The translations under genes were made by a program, and so were the position numbers. Below are positions 13,454-27,836 of a DNA stretch of 64,000 bases, in pieces. The notes below the pieces were generated by a model, which was not told the origin of the DNA, ran no database searches, and saw only the letters and a list, made by a program, of their open reading frames with translations. Position 1 is the first letter of the stretch, and the number at the start of each line of letters is the position of its first letter. This DNA is from Paecilomyces variotii (lineage: Eukaryota), in assembly GCA_004022145.1 (NCBI GenBank), contig RCNU01000016.1; one strand, written 5' to 3'.

Positions 13454-14018
13454 TTGTTGTTTTCGTTTTATTTTATTTTATTTCATTTGTTATTTTGCGT
13501 TACTTCTTAAGATCAGGTGTCTGGGCTGTGAGATTATGTCTTCCTTGTTTCCTGGTTTCCCATCAAGGTCAGGGTCATTATGTCCAAGTTGGATTGTATC
13601 ATTACCATCACGGAGGATGTCAGGTAGTGCTGATTTCTGCATACACGCGTGGTTGGTCGTGTGTCTTGTATTATATATTGTACGAGTCAGAGTATTTGTG
13701 GTTTTAATCGGATAATAGAGATCACCGTTACTTTTAGAAGACAGAGTAAGTACTTGGCATAGTCAACTGAATCAATTATAAGCTACATTGATCAAAGTGG
13801 CCAGGCACTGGAAATAAATCCTATCCACCACAAGATGGTTGATTGATACAAGAACTTTTATAATTAATTCCTCCCATCCCTGACGCCAGAGGCTATGCCT
13901 TTGCTGCAATCAAGTACACCTCGTACAGTACATAACTGTCGAGTTTCTTTTTTATTTTAGCACAAGTATTTTCAACATTCCCATAACACCGGATCACCTT
14001 TTCCCAACCTCTCCCTTC

Positions 14019-16179
14019 CTAATAGTCCCGCAGGACCGCAACCATGTCATCCAGTCGAGCAACCTCACCCAGCAGGAGAGCCTCCTTGTCTCTCCACTGC
14101 TGCAGCGTCTGCAGCTCCGCCTCGGACAAATAGCGTTCTTCATTGCCCTTGACATCGCTTCGTTCGCACTTCTCCAGAAACTCCTTTAACCGGTCCCGTT
14201 CGACTGCGATCCGCTGCAGACAGCGGGACATCGCTTTGTAGATGTCCTGCACAATGTTGCGCCGCACCCGATCGGGGTCGTAAAACCACAGGTAGATCGT
14301 CTTTGACGGCTGACGCTGTGCGTCCCGAGGAACTTCCTGCAGATCCACGAATCCGCCCGCTTGCATGCTGGCAAGAACCTGTCTGAGGTCCTTTGGGGGC
14401 AAGAGACTGATTTCCTGCAGGCGCTTCTCATCAAGCTTCCCCTTCGAATGGAGTACTCGGGCAACACGCAGCGCTACATCGCCGTAGCGAGCCTCGATCA
14501 TACGCTCCAACTCGAGATGGCGGAGCTTGCGGGCCAGATGCCGCCATTCGACCGTCCAGGTGATGATACCTGTCGTTGTGCGTCGAGAAGAAAAGTTATA
14601 CGGTGGCTGAGCCAGAAGTGCCAGGTGCTGATCCACCTCGTAGGCGCGGCTACGGCCGCCAGGAGCTTCATTACCGGCAGCATTCCCACCGTCCTCCTCA
14701 TCCAGAGGCCGTTTACCGCGTCTGCTGGCAGTCTGTGACGGGTCCGCAGGCCCGATAGAGCTTGCGAGATCGAGGTCCGGGTCGATCTCCTGAACTAATG
14801 CGTGCAACGGAATAGCCACCGAGTATTGTTCTCCTTCCTCTCCCTCATACGGGATTTCTGGCTCATCACGGCAGCGAGGGGTCTGGTATTCGATGCGACG
14901 GAGAAGAGTCTCATAAACCTGAGCGGTTGCGGCTGATGTCCCCTGTTCAGATAGTTCGACCAGGCGACGGTTCCTGAAAGCAACGTCTAGCTTCTCGTAG
15001 TTCACGCGAACAATCAGGCCAGACTAGACCAGTTAGCATCCGTTGATCCATTGCCAAGCCGGAGAATATTCACCTCCATCGGGGCGGTATCCTCAAATCC
15101 CCCCTCGTCGTCGGACCAGTCATTCTCTTCGTCATCATCCTCATAACCAGCCGAATCGTCCACCTTCTGCTTCTTATTGGGGCCGTCTACCGTTCCATTC
15201 GCATGTCGTCTCTTCGCACCTCGTGGAATTCCATTGAACATCAAGCCACGAGAGAGGTCGCCGTCTGTGCGCTCCTTGACCATCTCTACAGCACCCTCCG
15301 CGACGGCCTCCTCGAGTTTCTTTCCCTTCAGCATCTTGATGTCTGACCGGGCCTTCATTGCCCGTTCTGCGTAGAGCAGATTGTCTGCGGGGCTCTGGAA
15401 TTGAGCCTCGCGGACACGGATGATGTAGCCGTGGGCAGCAAGTGCTTTGAGAGTTGGATGAAGTCTTCCAGCGCCCTCTTCCGCTGCGCGGTCACCATTG
15501 ACGTCATTCGTGTGGTTTTCTGTTTGGCCGTTTTCATCATGTACACCATTTTCACCATCCTCAACGGCCAAATCCTCGTACGGCTCTCCCTCGTGCTCCC
15601 CATTGACGCCATTGGTCTCCGGCTGCGCTGAGTCGCCGCCCTGCAATTCCGGCAGAGTCTCGAGGTAACCGACCTGCGCGTGTCCCAGGAAAAGAATCGC
15701 AGACATCACTTTCGACGCATATTTTCCCAGCCGGTCTTCGATGAATTCGAGAATCTTGCCGGATCGGATCAGGTAGTATGCGGCCTGCATATTCGCCTCG
15801 TAGTACGTGAGTCCGTCATCATAGGAGGTGTAATGGAAGACGAGGTGATGCTGGATCATGGCAGAGAGGCCATAGCGTAGCTGCCGGTCTGACAGACCCG
15901 AGTAGAATCGAAGACGGGGGAGTGGGAGTCGATCGTAACGGCGCAGCGTGGAGAAGATCCGCTGCAGGAAGGTCAGTACATGATTCACCGCGAAGAAATA
16001 ATAATACCTCTCGGGCAAACCCTGAACAGGGACCAGGGCATTGAGCATCAGGACAGACATACCGCAAACAGCTCCCCGAAATTGTCTTCGATCAGGAGCG
16101 TACACAGCTCCGTGGCATACTGTCGCAACGATTAGCGGCAGAAAGCTATGCGGCGGGGTGCAGGACATACTTGAGACAT
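14019..16179 (-). CDS. RPC82: RNA polymerase III subunit C82/RPC3; multi-exon
   Basis: Start ATG TCT CAA|gt at 16179. Winged-helix-type regions (YGDVALRVARVLHSKGKLDEK, LQEVPRDAQRQPSKTIYLWF) and terminal VLRDY. Confidence 0.9.
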
Positions 16180-16606
16180 GGTGGCAGGACCTCTAGAGAA
16201 ATGCCAGCGCCTCCAGAAGGGTGGTCAAGGGGTCACCGGCGGCGGCGCAGGAGCATCGTGCGAGGAGCAGCGCCGGGGAGGAAGAAGAAGACGATCTTGA
16301 TTGTCTCTATCATCATAATAAATTATTATATTCTGACTTTCTTCTTTCGCAGCTGCTGCCCGCGCACGTGACAAGGTCACCTGACGTCACCTGACGAATT
16401 GCCGGTTCCGCCCGCCCTCGTCACCGCAGCCAATCAGCGGGCGCGTAATCGGGCGCTGCTGGGAGACTCGGGATCTTGAAGCTTTTCAAACGTGCTCGAC
16501 AACCTCCATCCTCCCTCCGCTTCTCCTGGGTAGTCCCAATTGCCCTCAACAACAACCCCCGTCGTCTCCCCCATTCCTCTCTCCTCTTCGTTCTTCGGCA
16601 CATGCG
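16180..16606. promoter_or_regulatory. Bidirectional promoter RPC82/QCR2 with CCAAT box and tandem GTCACCTGAC repeats containing a TGACGTCA (CRE-type) site
   Basis: Head-to-head ATGs about 430 bp apart; gtcacctgacgtcacctgacg at 16376-16396; ccaatcag near 16430. Confidence 0.5.
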
Positions 16607-18209
16607 ATGATGCTGTCGCGGTCTGCCCTCGGCCGAAATGCGCCGCGTGCGCTCCGGAAGCAGTGTGCTGCCAACACCCGCCGTGGCCTTGCTACGCCCT
16701 CGACCCCCAACTTCTCGTACGATGTCTCTGAGACGGCCGGTGTGAAGCTGGCCAACCGTGAAGTCGGCGGTGCGACGACCACTCTCGCGCTGGTCGCTAA
16801 GGCTGGTTCCCGTTACCAGCCGTTCCCTGGCTTCTCGACCGCTCTCGAACAGTTCGCCTTCAAGGTGCGTGAGAATCGCAGGCATTGAACCGCCAAACCG
16901 TGCCGGATGCTTGAGGAATGTTGTCAGGCTGATCATACATGCAATTGGTAGTCCACGCTCAAGCGGTCGGCGTTGCGGATCACTCGGGAGACTGAGCTGC
17001 TGGGTGGTGAAGTTTCCTCTTCTCACTCGCGAGAGAACCTCGTCCTCAAGGCCAAGTTCCTGTCTGGCGACCTTCCCTACTTCGCAGAGCTCCTCGCTGA
17101 GGTTGCTTCTCAGACCAAGTACCCGAGTAAGTTGCCTTGGGGTCCATGAACATAGTTTGGGGGGACCAGGGAGGTTTCTAACCGGATTGGCAGCTTATGA
17201 GCTCAACGAGCTTGTCATCAACCTCGTCAAATACAAGCAGAAGACTCTTCTCGAGAACCCCGAGGCTCTGGCCATCGACACCGTCCACGCCCTGGCTTTC
17301 CACCGTGGCCTCGGTGAGAACATCACTCCCACCACCGCCGCGCCTTACGAGCAGTACCTGACCGCGGAGGCTGTTGCTGAGTTCGCCAAGGGCGCCTACG
17401 CGAAGCCCAACGTCGCCGTTGTCGCCAGCGGCCCTAACTCCACCGAGCTGTCCAAGTGGGTGAACGAATTCTTCGGCCAGCTGCCTTCCAGCGTCCCCTC
17501 CAACCAGTTCCAGCCCCGTAGCACCGCTCCCTCCAAGTACTTCGGTGGTGAGCAGCGTGTCCCCGGCAAGAACGGCAACGCCGTCGTCATTGCTTTCCCC
17601 GGCTCCAGCGCCTATGGCACCGCCGGCTACAAGGCTGAGGCTGCTGTCCTGACTGCCCTCCTGGGCGGTGAGTCTACCATCAAGTGGGCTCCTGGCTTCT
17701 CCCTGCTGGGCAAGGCCACCGCCGGATTCTCTCAGGCCAAGGTCTCGACCAAGAACTTCTCCTACTCCGACGCCGGTCTCCTCACCATCTCCGTCACCGG
17801 CAAGGCCGACCAGGTCGCTTCCGCCAGCAAGAACGTCGTCGACACCATCAAAAAGGTTGCCGCCGGCGAGGTTGCCAGCGAGGACATCAAGAAGGCCGCC
17901 GCTCTGGCCAAGTTCCGTGCGTTCGAGGCTGGCCAGAACCTCGAGACCGGTCTGGAGATCACCGGATCTGGTCTGATCCACGGCAACAAGGCCTACCAGC
18001 TTGGAGAGGTCGCCGAGGCCATTGACAAGGTCACCGAGCAGCAGGTTAAGGATGTACGTGCTCCAACTCTCTTATTGTTTCTGATTTCTGATCAATATGC
18101 TAACTGATCGCAGCTCGCCAAGGAATACCTGTCCAACAATGCCTCCGTCGCCGCCGTCGGAGACCTTTTCCAGATTCCCTACGCCGAGGACCTTGGTCTG
18201 ACCGTTTAG
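16607..18209 (+). CDS. QCR2: Ubiquinol-cytochrome c reductase core protein 2 (M16 peptidase-like); three introns
   Basis: Arg-rich mitochondrial presequence, KAGSRY, STLKRSALRITRETELLGG, FSYSDAGLL, C-terminal AVGDLFQIPYAEDLGLTV. Confidence 0.95.
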
Positions 18210-19869
18210 ATATATACGCAGTAGGCCACCACTGCTGACTCTTTCACACGTCACCGTCATGTATCCTGATCAACTCGTTATTTCCTTTGTTCGATGTGGT
18301 TGTGCTTGTGTGTGACTGTAATTGTAACCGTAAGGAAATAAATTAGACATGCAATCACCCTTTTACTTTGGTCTGTAGCAGCTGGCTCTAGTCCGAGCCT
18401 GTACATTGTCACCATACAGCAATGCAGCATGAGGTTGCAGTTCAAGTAAATAGCTTTGTATCCATGGTCTGATCCCCACTGCAAAGTCCTGCATCTTCAG
18501 TAAAGGTAGTAGTATCCTGTCTGCAGTCCATATCCATGTATCTGTACTTCCATCGTCAGCTTCCTAATAACTTATCTAGCCAGTTTCACTCTGAGCAATT
18601 AGCAAACAATTTGTAAATAAGTAATTGATAACTAATAGATTAGCAATCAGTCATTATAGACTAAAGTGAGATAAGCTAGCTATAGTAGTTATTGTATGGT
18701 AAGGGCTATAGGAATAGAAGAGCTAGGATAACTTGAGAAATCCAGTCTGTATTCCAAGGTTAATTTCGCTAGACAAACTCAGCCAAAAAGGAGATTTCTC
18801 CTTTTTGGTCTCCCCTGGGTCTGATAGTGTTTTCGGGATTTAAGGAGCAGATCAATATTACGCACACCAACAACCCATCATGTACGATTACGTTGGCGAA
18901 CGACAGATTCGAGGGGTATCTGAGATATTTACCCTTCAAGACAAACCCCGGGCAGAACATAAGTATCAAGCTACCGAATCCCGACTCACTCTTTCAGAAT
19001 ATATTCAATGTGAGTAGAAATGGACTAACAAATCGATGGCCATATATAAAAGAACTTACTTGCTTTGCGGAGGATGGATCTAACAATGTGAATCGGCTTC
19101 TTGCTCTTCGACTTGTACCAGCGTCTCTTTGTAAATGCTTTTGGAAGTCCATAACAGCCATGGTGTTGTTTGTCTAACGGTCAGGGGCGATTGATATTCA
19201 ATAAATAATATGAGGCCCTGTTATGCTTCTTTCTTAAGCATTAGCTTTCTCACTTAGAATGAACTCTGTTGTTGGTTCTTTGGGTTACTTTTTTTTCTCC
19301 CTCCATGTGCTTGCTCTATGTCTTTTTTTATCCGCACTTGAAGTTTTATACGTCCAAAAAATGCCATTATTGTACTTATCCGCAACTTCTATTACCATTA
19401 TGTCCTATGGGCCAATCCTGGCCGTCTTCTGTTTGATTAAACCCCAAATCAACAATTCATGGGATATCATCCATCGATATTCCCACCAATAACGTTCTTG
19501 GATGTCCATACCTCGGCAAATTCCGAACTTGGAAACCTTCTTCTTTCAGTATAGATCTATTACTGGGGGGATGGAGTTGGGATCAATGAGGGGAAGTTAT
19601 GGAAGTATCTAGCTAGTTGTGCTTTTGCAAAGGCGGAATGTACAGTACATCTATTTTTCGATGTGGTTATTGGGATTCACTTTGGTGATGAGACGAATGA
19701 CGTATAATACTTGATATCCGACATGTGTACTCTAGAAGTATAGCTAGAATTGATTATCTCGTCATCCGATTCGTATTCATCATGATTATCCATATATGCA
19801 TAATATCATCGAAAGTGCATTGGTGATGGTAAAAAGCAAGGAGTATGTATCTCATAGAATCAAAACCAC

Positions 19870-21645
19870 CTAGACATCAACCTTCGATCCCACAGGAACA
19901 GTCTCATGATGCATAGCTCCGCCTTTCACATCTTTGATTTCGATGTGCTTCTCTTTCGCTTCCTCGATGAGGGCGTCCAGTTTCGAGCCACCAGGCTTGG
20001 TCTGCCATGGTCGTGGACCGCCTTTGCTGAACATCTCTTCGATCTCTTCTAGAGTCTTTCCGCATGTTTCAGGGTATCTTGACAGAAAGCAGATGTGTTA
20101 GATATGGTTTTGCCGGTGGCAAGATGGTAGACACTTACGTGAAGAAGACTTGAATAGCGGCGCCAACACAGAGAACGCCAAAGACGATGAAGAGCTTCCA
20201 TGTGATGTTGGCGAAGCCTGGGGGTACGAATAGACCGAGAGCAAAGTTGAAGAGCCAGTTTCCGACGGCGGAAATTCCCTATATAATAAGATGTATTAGC
20301 GCAGGTTCTCATGTTGGATAGATATATAGAGTATAGACTGGAGATGATTACCATTCCTGTAGCGCGAGTCTCTAGCGACCAGACCTCTGCGGCGTAGACC
20401 CAAGCGACAGGAGCCAGAGTCAGAGCATAGACAATGATGAGGAGATACGAAAAGGCAATGACGGTGTGCGCCTTCCCTCCCATCACTTTGATGAGGACGT
20501 TCAGATTTCCGTCGACGCCGTTGGGGACGTATTCGCCTGATGAGAGCACTCCGCCTACGACAAAGTGGCAGGCGGCCATTCCCAGGGCGCCGTACATGAG
20601 AAGACCACGGCGGCTAGTCTTGTCGATGTAGAAGAATATGACGGATGTGAAGACGATGAACAGAGCGTACTGAATTCCGGACGACACCAGGAGGACGTTT
20701 CCGCTCAAACTGTTTTCTTAGAGTTAGATATCACTTATATCGGGGCTTGGGAGTAAGTAGTAAAGGCACTTACCTCGCCATTTGAAACACATATATTACG
20801 TAGTATGTGATCATATTTGCACCGCTCAACTGCTGCCACGCCTGAACGGTGAAGCCAGCGATGGTTCGACGCCACATGCCATTCTGGACGAACTTGCGCC
20901 ATCCGGGGGCCGCTGTACGTTCTGCAGCCAAGACAGTGGTGATTTCCTCCCACTCTGCAACGACCAGCGGATCGTTTACGTTGCCTCCAGCCTGGATTCG
21001 AGCCAAGGTAGTGACAGCTTCCTCAGTGCGGTCTACCTTCGCCAGCCAACGTGGCGATCGAGGCAGGAAAGGGAGGCCGATCATCAATAGAACGCAGGGA
21101 ACGAGCTGCAACGCCCATGCAGTGCGGAATGATGCCGGGCCAGCGATGAAGGAACATCCATAGCCAACAAAGAACATGATGAAGATACCCCATTCGATGG
21201 CCAACTGCTGGATGACAATGATCGAGCCGCGCTTCTCCTTCTTGGCAATCTCTGCTAGATACACAGGCACCTGAGAGGAAGTGATTCCAACGCAGACACC
21301 ATTAAGGAGACGACCGGCCATCAGCATCCCGAAACCGTTGACTCCTGCCTGGATGGCAGTGCCCACAAGCCACCACAGACAAGCAAACATGATAGAATCG
21401 CGACGACCAAGCTTGTCGGAGATTGGGCCTGCAATGATAGATCCCACGACAGAACCAGCTGCCAACACGGAACCTATGGCTCCCTGGCGCACGCCATGAG
21501 GATTGTCGAAGAAATCAATGTATTGATCCGTAGCAACAATTGCTGACATGGACGAGATATCGAATCCAAAGAGCATTCCACCTACCGTCGCGATAATCGC
21601 GACAAAGTAGGTGTTATAGATCTTCGGGAACGTGGGTAACTTCAT
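19870..21645 (-). CDS. MFS sugar porter (HGT1-like high-affinity hexose transporter); multi-exon
   Basis: GGMLFGFDISSMS, DKLGRR, PRSPRWL, QQLSGAN, YPETCGKTLEEI. Confidence 0.92.
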
Positions 21646-22563
21646 GATGGGGCACACTTCGACACAGAAAAACAGCACACACCTAGCCCTGAATTGATTG
21701 ACAGGATAACAGCACCACTGCCAGCCTCCTGCGACTGCTGCTGCCATCCCATCATGCGCGCGTGAACCGTCATCTTTATACTCGCGGCAACGCACCGACT
21801 CGACAACCGTTAGGATGGTACAAACTTGCCGTCTGGCACGCGAGAGCCCTCATGGTCTGGCTGCATCTTAAGCTTGTCCTCCAATCGCCGGGAGTTTCTT
21901 GTTAGCGTTGAGATGGCGCTGCGCCGTTGTCTAAGGAATCCGGAGAACTAGCCCAAGACATACCTGGGGCCCCGCGTTGTGGCGCACGGAACGCTTCGTT
22001 GTTGGAGGGAGAAACAGCAACAGGCAAGCTCGATGCTTAAGAACTTCTGGCTCTTCCCGGCGGGGTTAACTTTCTCCTCGTTTAATATTTCTCGTGGACG
22101 GTTAAAAGGAAGAATCAAAGCGAGAAACGTCTGGAGGCTCCGGTGGGGGAAGAATCGAAGTAGTCGGGGATAGATGCCCATCCCCAGAATCTACGACGAT
22201 AACCATAGTCCTCTTGCTCCATTCTCTCGGGGATGCGATCCACATAGACGATAGACTGGACCGGGATAGAGACCTTAGTACGTCTACTATTACAATGGAT
22301 ATTGTCATTGGGGCCAAGACACGACTACTAGTGGCGATAACATGCTGGCGTAACAAGAGATTCCACACAGTTTGCGTTCAACAAGCCGTTAAATTAACCG
22401 ATCTATGGAAAGTACTTTGGCAGGCACTAAAAGAGATAGGCAGTACTTCTGCTATTTACCGACAGAAAAAGTACTCTATCTAGCTATAGTCAACCATGCC
22501 GACATCGTAACGAGGATGTGCAGATATACACATGCCACAACATTAAACAGTTCCTAGGCGCCA

Positions 22564-23510
22564 TCAGGCCTTCTCCTCGCGGACAGCCTTGGAGACTTCG
22601 ATACCATCCTGTAATTCCTACGTTAGCAAACAGTCCGCAAGTCCAGAAACAGTCAACAGGCAAAACCCTGTACATACCGATCTCCCATCATGCAAGGTCG
22701 CCTCCAGCAACTTGGTCTCATATACCAAGTTCGGATTTCCAGCAAACTCAAACTCCTCCTTCTGAGCCTTCTGCTCAACCTCCTTGGCCGCCTTCCTCTT
22801 CTCCTCGACGCTGCTCCGCACATAAGCCAGATACTGCGGCGCGCCAGGGCTAATCACGTTGTCAGCCGTGAGCACCGATCCGGGCGCCACAAGACCATAA
22901 TGCTCGCATAGCTTCAGATCCACCGTATAAAGCGGCTTAAAGTGATCGAGAAATAGCAATGGAATCTGCTTGATTTCTCCAGTCGTCGCCCACTTCTGGA
23001 GCGTCTTCGAGCTCGATCCAACGATAATAGTCACGAAATCGCGCAGCCCAGCCAATTCGACAATCATGTTCGTGACGGCTGCGAATTCGGGACTTTTCTC
23101 TAGACCGATATAGCGCTTTCCACCGGCGCGACGGACGGCGTCTGCGAACAAGACAGCAGAGTATCCGACATAACTGCCTAGCTCGACCATGAATTCGGGC
23201 TTGAGATCCGCGATGACATCGGTAACGTATTTGCCTTTCTGGGGGCCCACGTTCGGAAGTGATTTCACTTTGGTGTCGAATTCATCGATGGCGGCGAGGA
23301 CTTTGGATGGGTTGCCGCGGATCTCGTCGATGTCGGGGCGCTTGTAGATGTAATGGAGGAGATCGAGATGGCGGGAGTCCTGCAGACGTGTCAATCGAGG
23401 GCATACAAAAGAGATTTGAATATCGGTTTATAAGACTGTTTACAATGCGGGGGGCCACATACTTGAAATGGGTTCACGCGACCTGACGGGTTGGTTTGGG
23501 CGGCGCTCAT
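22564..23510 (-). CDS. Catechol O-methyltransferase-family SAM-dependent methyltransferase; two introns
   Basis: VLAAIDEF, NVGPQKG, VELGSYVGYSA, LFLDHFKPLY, ADNVISPGAPQYLAYVR; spliced end DGIEVSKAVREEKA. Confidence 0.9.
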
Positions 23511-24533
23511 TTTGACGAGGGTAATAGAAGGATTAGAAATGAAGACTTTACTGCGTGATATCTATCGTGGGTATCTGAGATGTGGAAGAGAATGAACTGA
23601 TGAAGAGTGAATGGATGGAGCATATAATACATTGATAAGGTGGCTTTAAATACTGCGTACTTCTATAGCTATTCGGCCATAATTACCCGGAATAGGAGCA
23701 TCCTCTCGGCGTTACGCCCGAAGACTTCGCTCGGCCCCGATGGCCGAGTTTCATGAGTTTCACGAAGCTCGAGGTCCCGCCATTGCAGATAATAATAAGA
23801 TTAATCGCGTCGGATCGGAAATACTTCTGTAGAATCTAGATATGCCCGAAATAGCACCTGGATTCATCGGGGTTCACGTTTCATCGCCGTCTCGGTGAAT
23901 GCGATATCGCTTCGGAGATTAGATTATCTTACACTCAAAAAATAGGCCGGCGCCTTTCACTGCCCCACGATACGATGATCATACACCGTCCTTGTCGAAG
24001 TACAATATGGATCTTCGTTGAGACGGCATGGATCATTGCATACCATGTAACCATAGTCGCGTCGGCTCAACGAGTCCCCACGAACTGCCAGACCGAGCAA
24101 TTGGGTATACCCCTCCCTGCACTTCTTGTCCGATCGTATAGTGGCCATCTTCGCAGCAACTGGCTGAAGGCAGTCTGGTCTAGTAACTAGCACAATGCCA
24201 CCAAATAGCGACAAAGGTGAAACAACCAGTAGATATCCCCGCAGATAGACATGCCAAGGTAACTGCGTATTTATGATTCCACTCTCCTGGGACAGACTCC
24301 GGCCTGTACAATACCCACGGTAACAGATATATACATTGGTCTGGCCATGGCGTGGACTGCTAATGACAGAATTTCTGACTCTGCAGGTACATACCTACTT
24401 TACTGTACTCTCGACAGCGATTGGTGCCTGACGTCGGATACTGTTGTATCCCTGATGCATTGTGGCATGGCTGCGTTCCCTCGTTGGCGGAGCGTCTCAA
24501 CTACCACAACTTCTCTGGTGGTACCTGTCCAAC

Positions 24534-27056
24534 TCAGTGGCATAGCGATATCCATTTGTCGACAACATCCTCCATGTCGTGTGCTATTCCCCACTGCGAG
24601 GCCAAGCAGCGGAATAACTTCTGCATCGAGTTCAGCTCGTACAGCAGATTTCGTGTTGTCCCACCAGTGGTCGGACCACGAAGTTCCCCTCGGATATAGC
24701 GGCTGGTTTCAGAACCAGACATCATATCCCCGACCACCAAGTCATCGTCTCCCTGAGATAAGAGCACCTCTCGCCAGACTGGCATCCGTGGAAGACACAC
24801 GGAGGCCAGTCCCGCAAGTGAAAATAAAGTATAGATAATCGCGGCAGCAAACAGAGAGCTGGGCATGTGGATAACATGCGCCCTGCCCCTGGGGAGCTGC
24901 TCTACGATGTCTTGAATCGCAACAGCGTGCAGTAATGCTCGACGGGCGTCCCGGCTGTTCGCCCATTTGGCCAGATCCAACCTAGCCTTTGGTGCCTTAT
25001 TCCCTCCACAGAGATGTTGGGTGATCCCATAGATGGAGCAGACCTGGCTGCAAAGTAACGAGGAGTTCGTGACAGTATCCAGGCAGATAGTATGCCATCG
25101 TAGAAATATCTCTAGCTTCTCGGAACTAGACAGATGAGTGTTGATCCCAATGCCTTCGTGCAGTTGGGCTAATGCCTTTCTCACGTCAGATCTCGCCGGG
25201 ACACCAACAGTAGCCACGTTGTTTTCATCACAGTCTAGTATCAATGACTGGAATCCTTCCAAGATCACTCTGAGCGACAGGACGCTGAATGTGAGATCTA
25301 GAGGATAGGAGCTACTAGACGGCGAGAACAGAGAGCGGAAGATCAGTCGGAACGATGGCTGCTCCGTTTTCCGAGATCGCATCAGCACAATCCACTCGTC
25401 AGCTGTACTGGCGTTGAAAATGGCATCGTCACATGAGAGAGTGAGCGGATTAGCAACATGACGGACTGAAGTGCTGTCTCCAGACATCTGAGCCACAATA
25501 CCATCGAGGATGTAATATGCCAAGATCGCACGCTGTTGAATCTCTCTGGCAGCCCAGGTCCGCCAGTGATGTTCCTTCTCGGCATTGGAAGCGTTTAAGG
25601 AGGGGAGGTTCTCGACATTCCACGGCTCGCTGTCAAACATCCCACAATGTCTGGCCCAGAAGAATCCAAGCGCCCGAAATACCTGGCTCGTAGTACGAAT
25701 TGCTTGATTCTACTGTCTGTCAGAAAATATCCACTATGGCTTCAGTCAACATACCTTGGACAAAGCCCCGTACACTTGGCCCAGTAGGGCTGTAATCACG
25801 AGTTGGACGCCTTTGCATACATCATATGGACCACGATGTGTAATTAATGATTGCCACTACGCCATGTCAGTAACCAGTACGCGTCTTTGAAAGCAATCAA
25901 CTCACCGAAGTTGCGACAGCTGTGTGGGCCAGACGCCATAGAGCCTCTCCCTGGAAGCAGTGAGAAAATGCCTGCATGGACGATTTTGGAAATAGTTTTG
26001 GCAGGATACACACCTTGCCAGCTGCATTCTTGGGTCCCAAGTATAGTGACCCGATAGCAATAGCATTGAGAAGTAACGGATGCGTGCACTCTCTAAAGAC
26101 AAAGGTTGCTCGATGCAGAATGGGAAATGTAGGGATGAAGCGGACAAAGAACATATGCAAACATTCATCAAGGAAAACAGATGTGATTGACGTTGCTTTT
26201 ACGGCAGCAGTAACGCTAGAGGACTAGCCACATATCAGTCTCCCTGTTAGTTTCAAAATAAGCTGGAAAAGACTCACGGAGCTGGTAACCATCTCTGTCA
26301 CATCGTGCACCGCTTGATGTCCTTCCCCAGAAGGTATCGCACCTACCGAAGAACCTCTATCATCAAACGAGCCTGGAGAGTCGAGGTTGAAACCGCTCGG
26401 TGGTGGCACTGTTGGTGGGAATGGCAAGGTCCCCAGCGGGATCTGCCATTGGTCAGTAGTATCAGAGGACATGATCGTTTGGAATAGTTCTTCTGCGTCG
26501 GGCCAAATTAGTCCGAAATCCAATTCTGTTCCTACTGTGCCATGATGCAGGCCGGATACATCTTCAGATTGGGATCCTATCCATGTCTGGTCTTGTGTTG
26601 CTGGAGTTTGCATCGCAGCAGCGGCAGTCCGGTCATGACCATGGACACTCCCATCTTGCCATGGAGACACCGAGTCTGCCCTTGTAGGCTCAGAAGTAGA
26701 TGGTGATAATGGTGTAGTATTCTTATTGCTGCTGCGGCGGGTGTGAAGCCTTTCATGGCGTATTAAGGCATCCTGACGAGCAAAGGGCCTTCTGCAGTCT
26801 TTGCAGACAAATGGTTTGGAGCCGGTGTCTTTAAGCATAGAAGTCCTTTGTTAGTTCGCGTGGACCGTTTACCCTGCTTGACTTGTGGTTCTTACGACTG
26901 CGTTCATGTCTCTGCCCAATGGTCAGCTTACTGATGAGGATGTCTCGAAACAGGACAGATCTCTACCCTTAGATGTTCTGCCTTGGAGAAAGCTTTCTGG
27001 CAGACCTTGCACACTGACTTTCTTGTGCCATCTGCCATCGATCCGGTAGCTGTCAT
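24534..27056 (-). CDS. C2H2 zinc-finger transcription factor with fungal-specific TF middle-homology domain; includes a 16-nt micro-exon (26896-26911)
   Basis: Spliced fingers CKVCQKAFSKAEHLR|RHERS|HTGSKPFVCKDCRRPFARQDALIRHERLH; FPILHRATF..LLLNAIAIGSLY; WRTWAARE..R; ARRALLHA. Confidence 0.9.
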
Positions 27057-27836
27057 CTTTGGGGGTTTGTCTTGTACAGTCGCAAGTCGCCGGCCGGATG
27101 AGCGTGGAGAAGACGACAACGTGTGGGGCAAAGCGGAGGCCGGGCGATCTTCTGGTTCTTGAACTGTTTCAACCGCCAGCCTACTACTACAGCCAAGGCA
27201 AGGCATCAGGAGTCGAGACCCCAAGTGCAAAGGAGGATGATTATCGCATCGTTTTTCCTTCCTATCAGCAGTGCAGGGTATCTTTCTGGCCGGGGACCAC
27301 ATGCAAGAAGCCGCGTGGAGACGAAGACCGCTATATACATAGTTCGCTATCCCGAACGCCTCCCCCATATTCGATCGGCTACCAAGCTTCGCTGACGTTT
27401 CCCCATAGTCACACGGATCTGATCCCACGGATCTTTTCCTCAATCGCGCACGGCTTGCATGGCTTTTGGAACCGTTTGGGCGCCGTCCGCCACATGCGGA
27501 GATTGTCTCTCCGCTTCGTCATATCATGTCGCCGAGTATCGGCTAAGCCTGATGCTTAGCGTGTCGATTCCTTCTATTTGGCTGCGACATGGATACTGCA
27601 TTGGTAGTTCCAGCTTTGCCGTCGGATGAAAATGGGATATGATAGTCCGTGACTAGTAAACATCGTCCATACATATTGCATTATGTGACAGGATCGCTCC
27701 CCACGAAGATGTCCCTCGTTCGTACGGGCGTTGTCCTGGGAGCAGTTATAAGCCCCGGGGTTAGGACTTCTTCACAATACGGCTTGTCCCTCGTGTTTCT
27801 TCCAGTACTTAGTCGTTTCCATCCAATAGGGGAAGC

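Noticed and set aside
18769-19492. Short ORFs in the AT-rich spacer after QCR2
   Set aside because: No recognisable motifs, terminal repeats or target-site duplication, so no mobile element is called.
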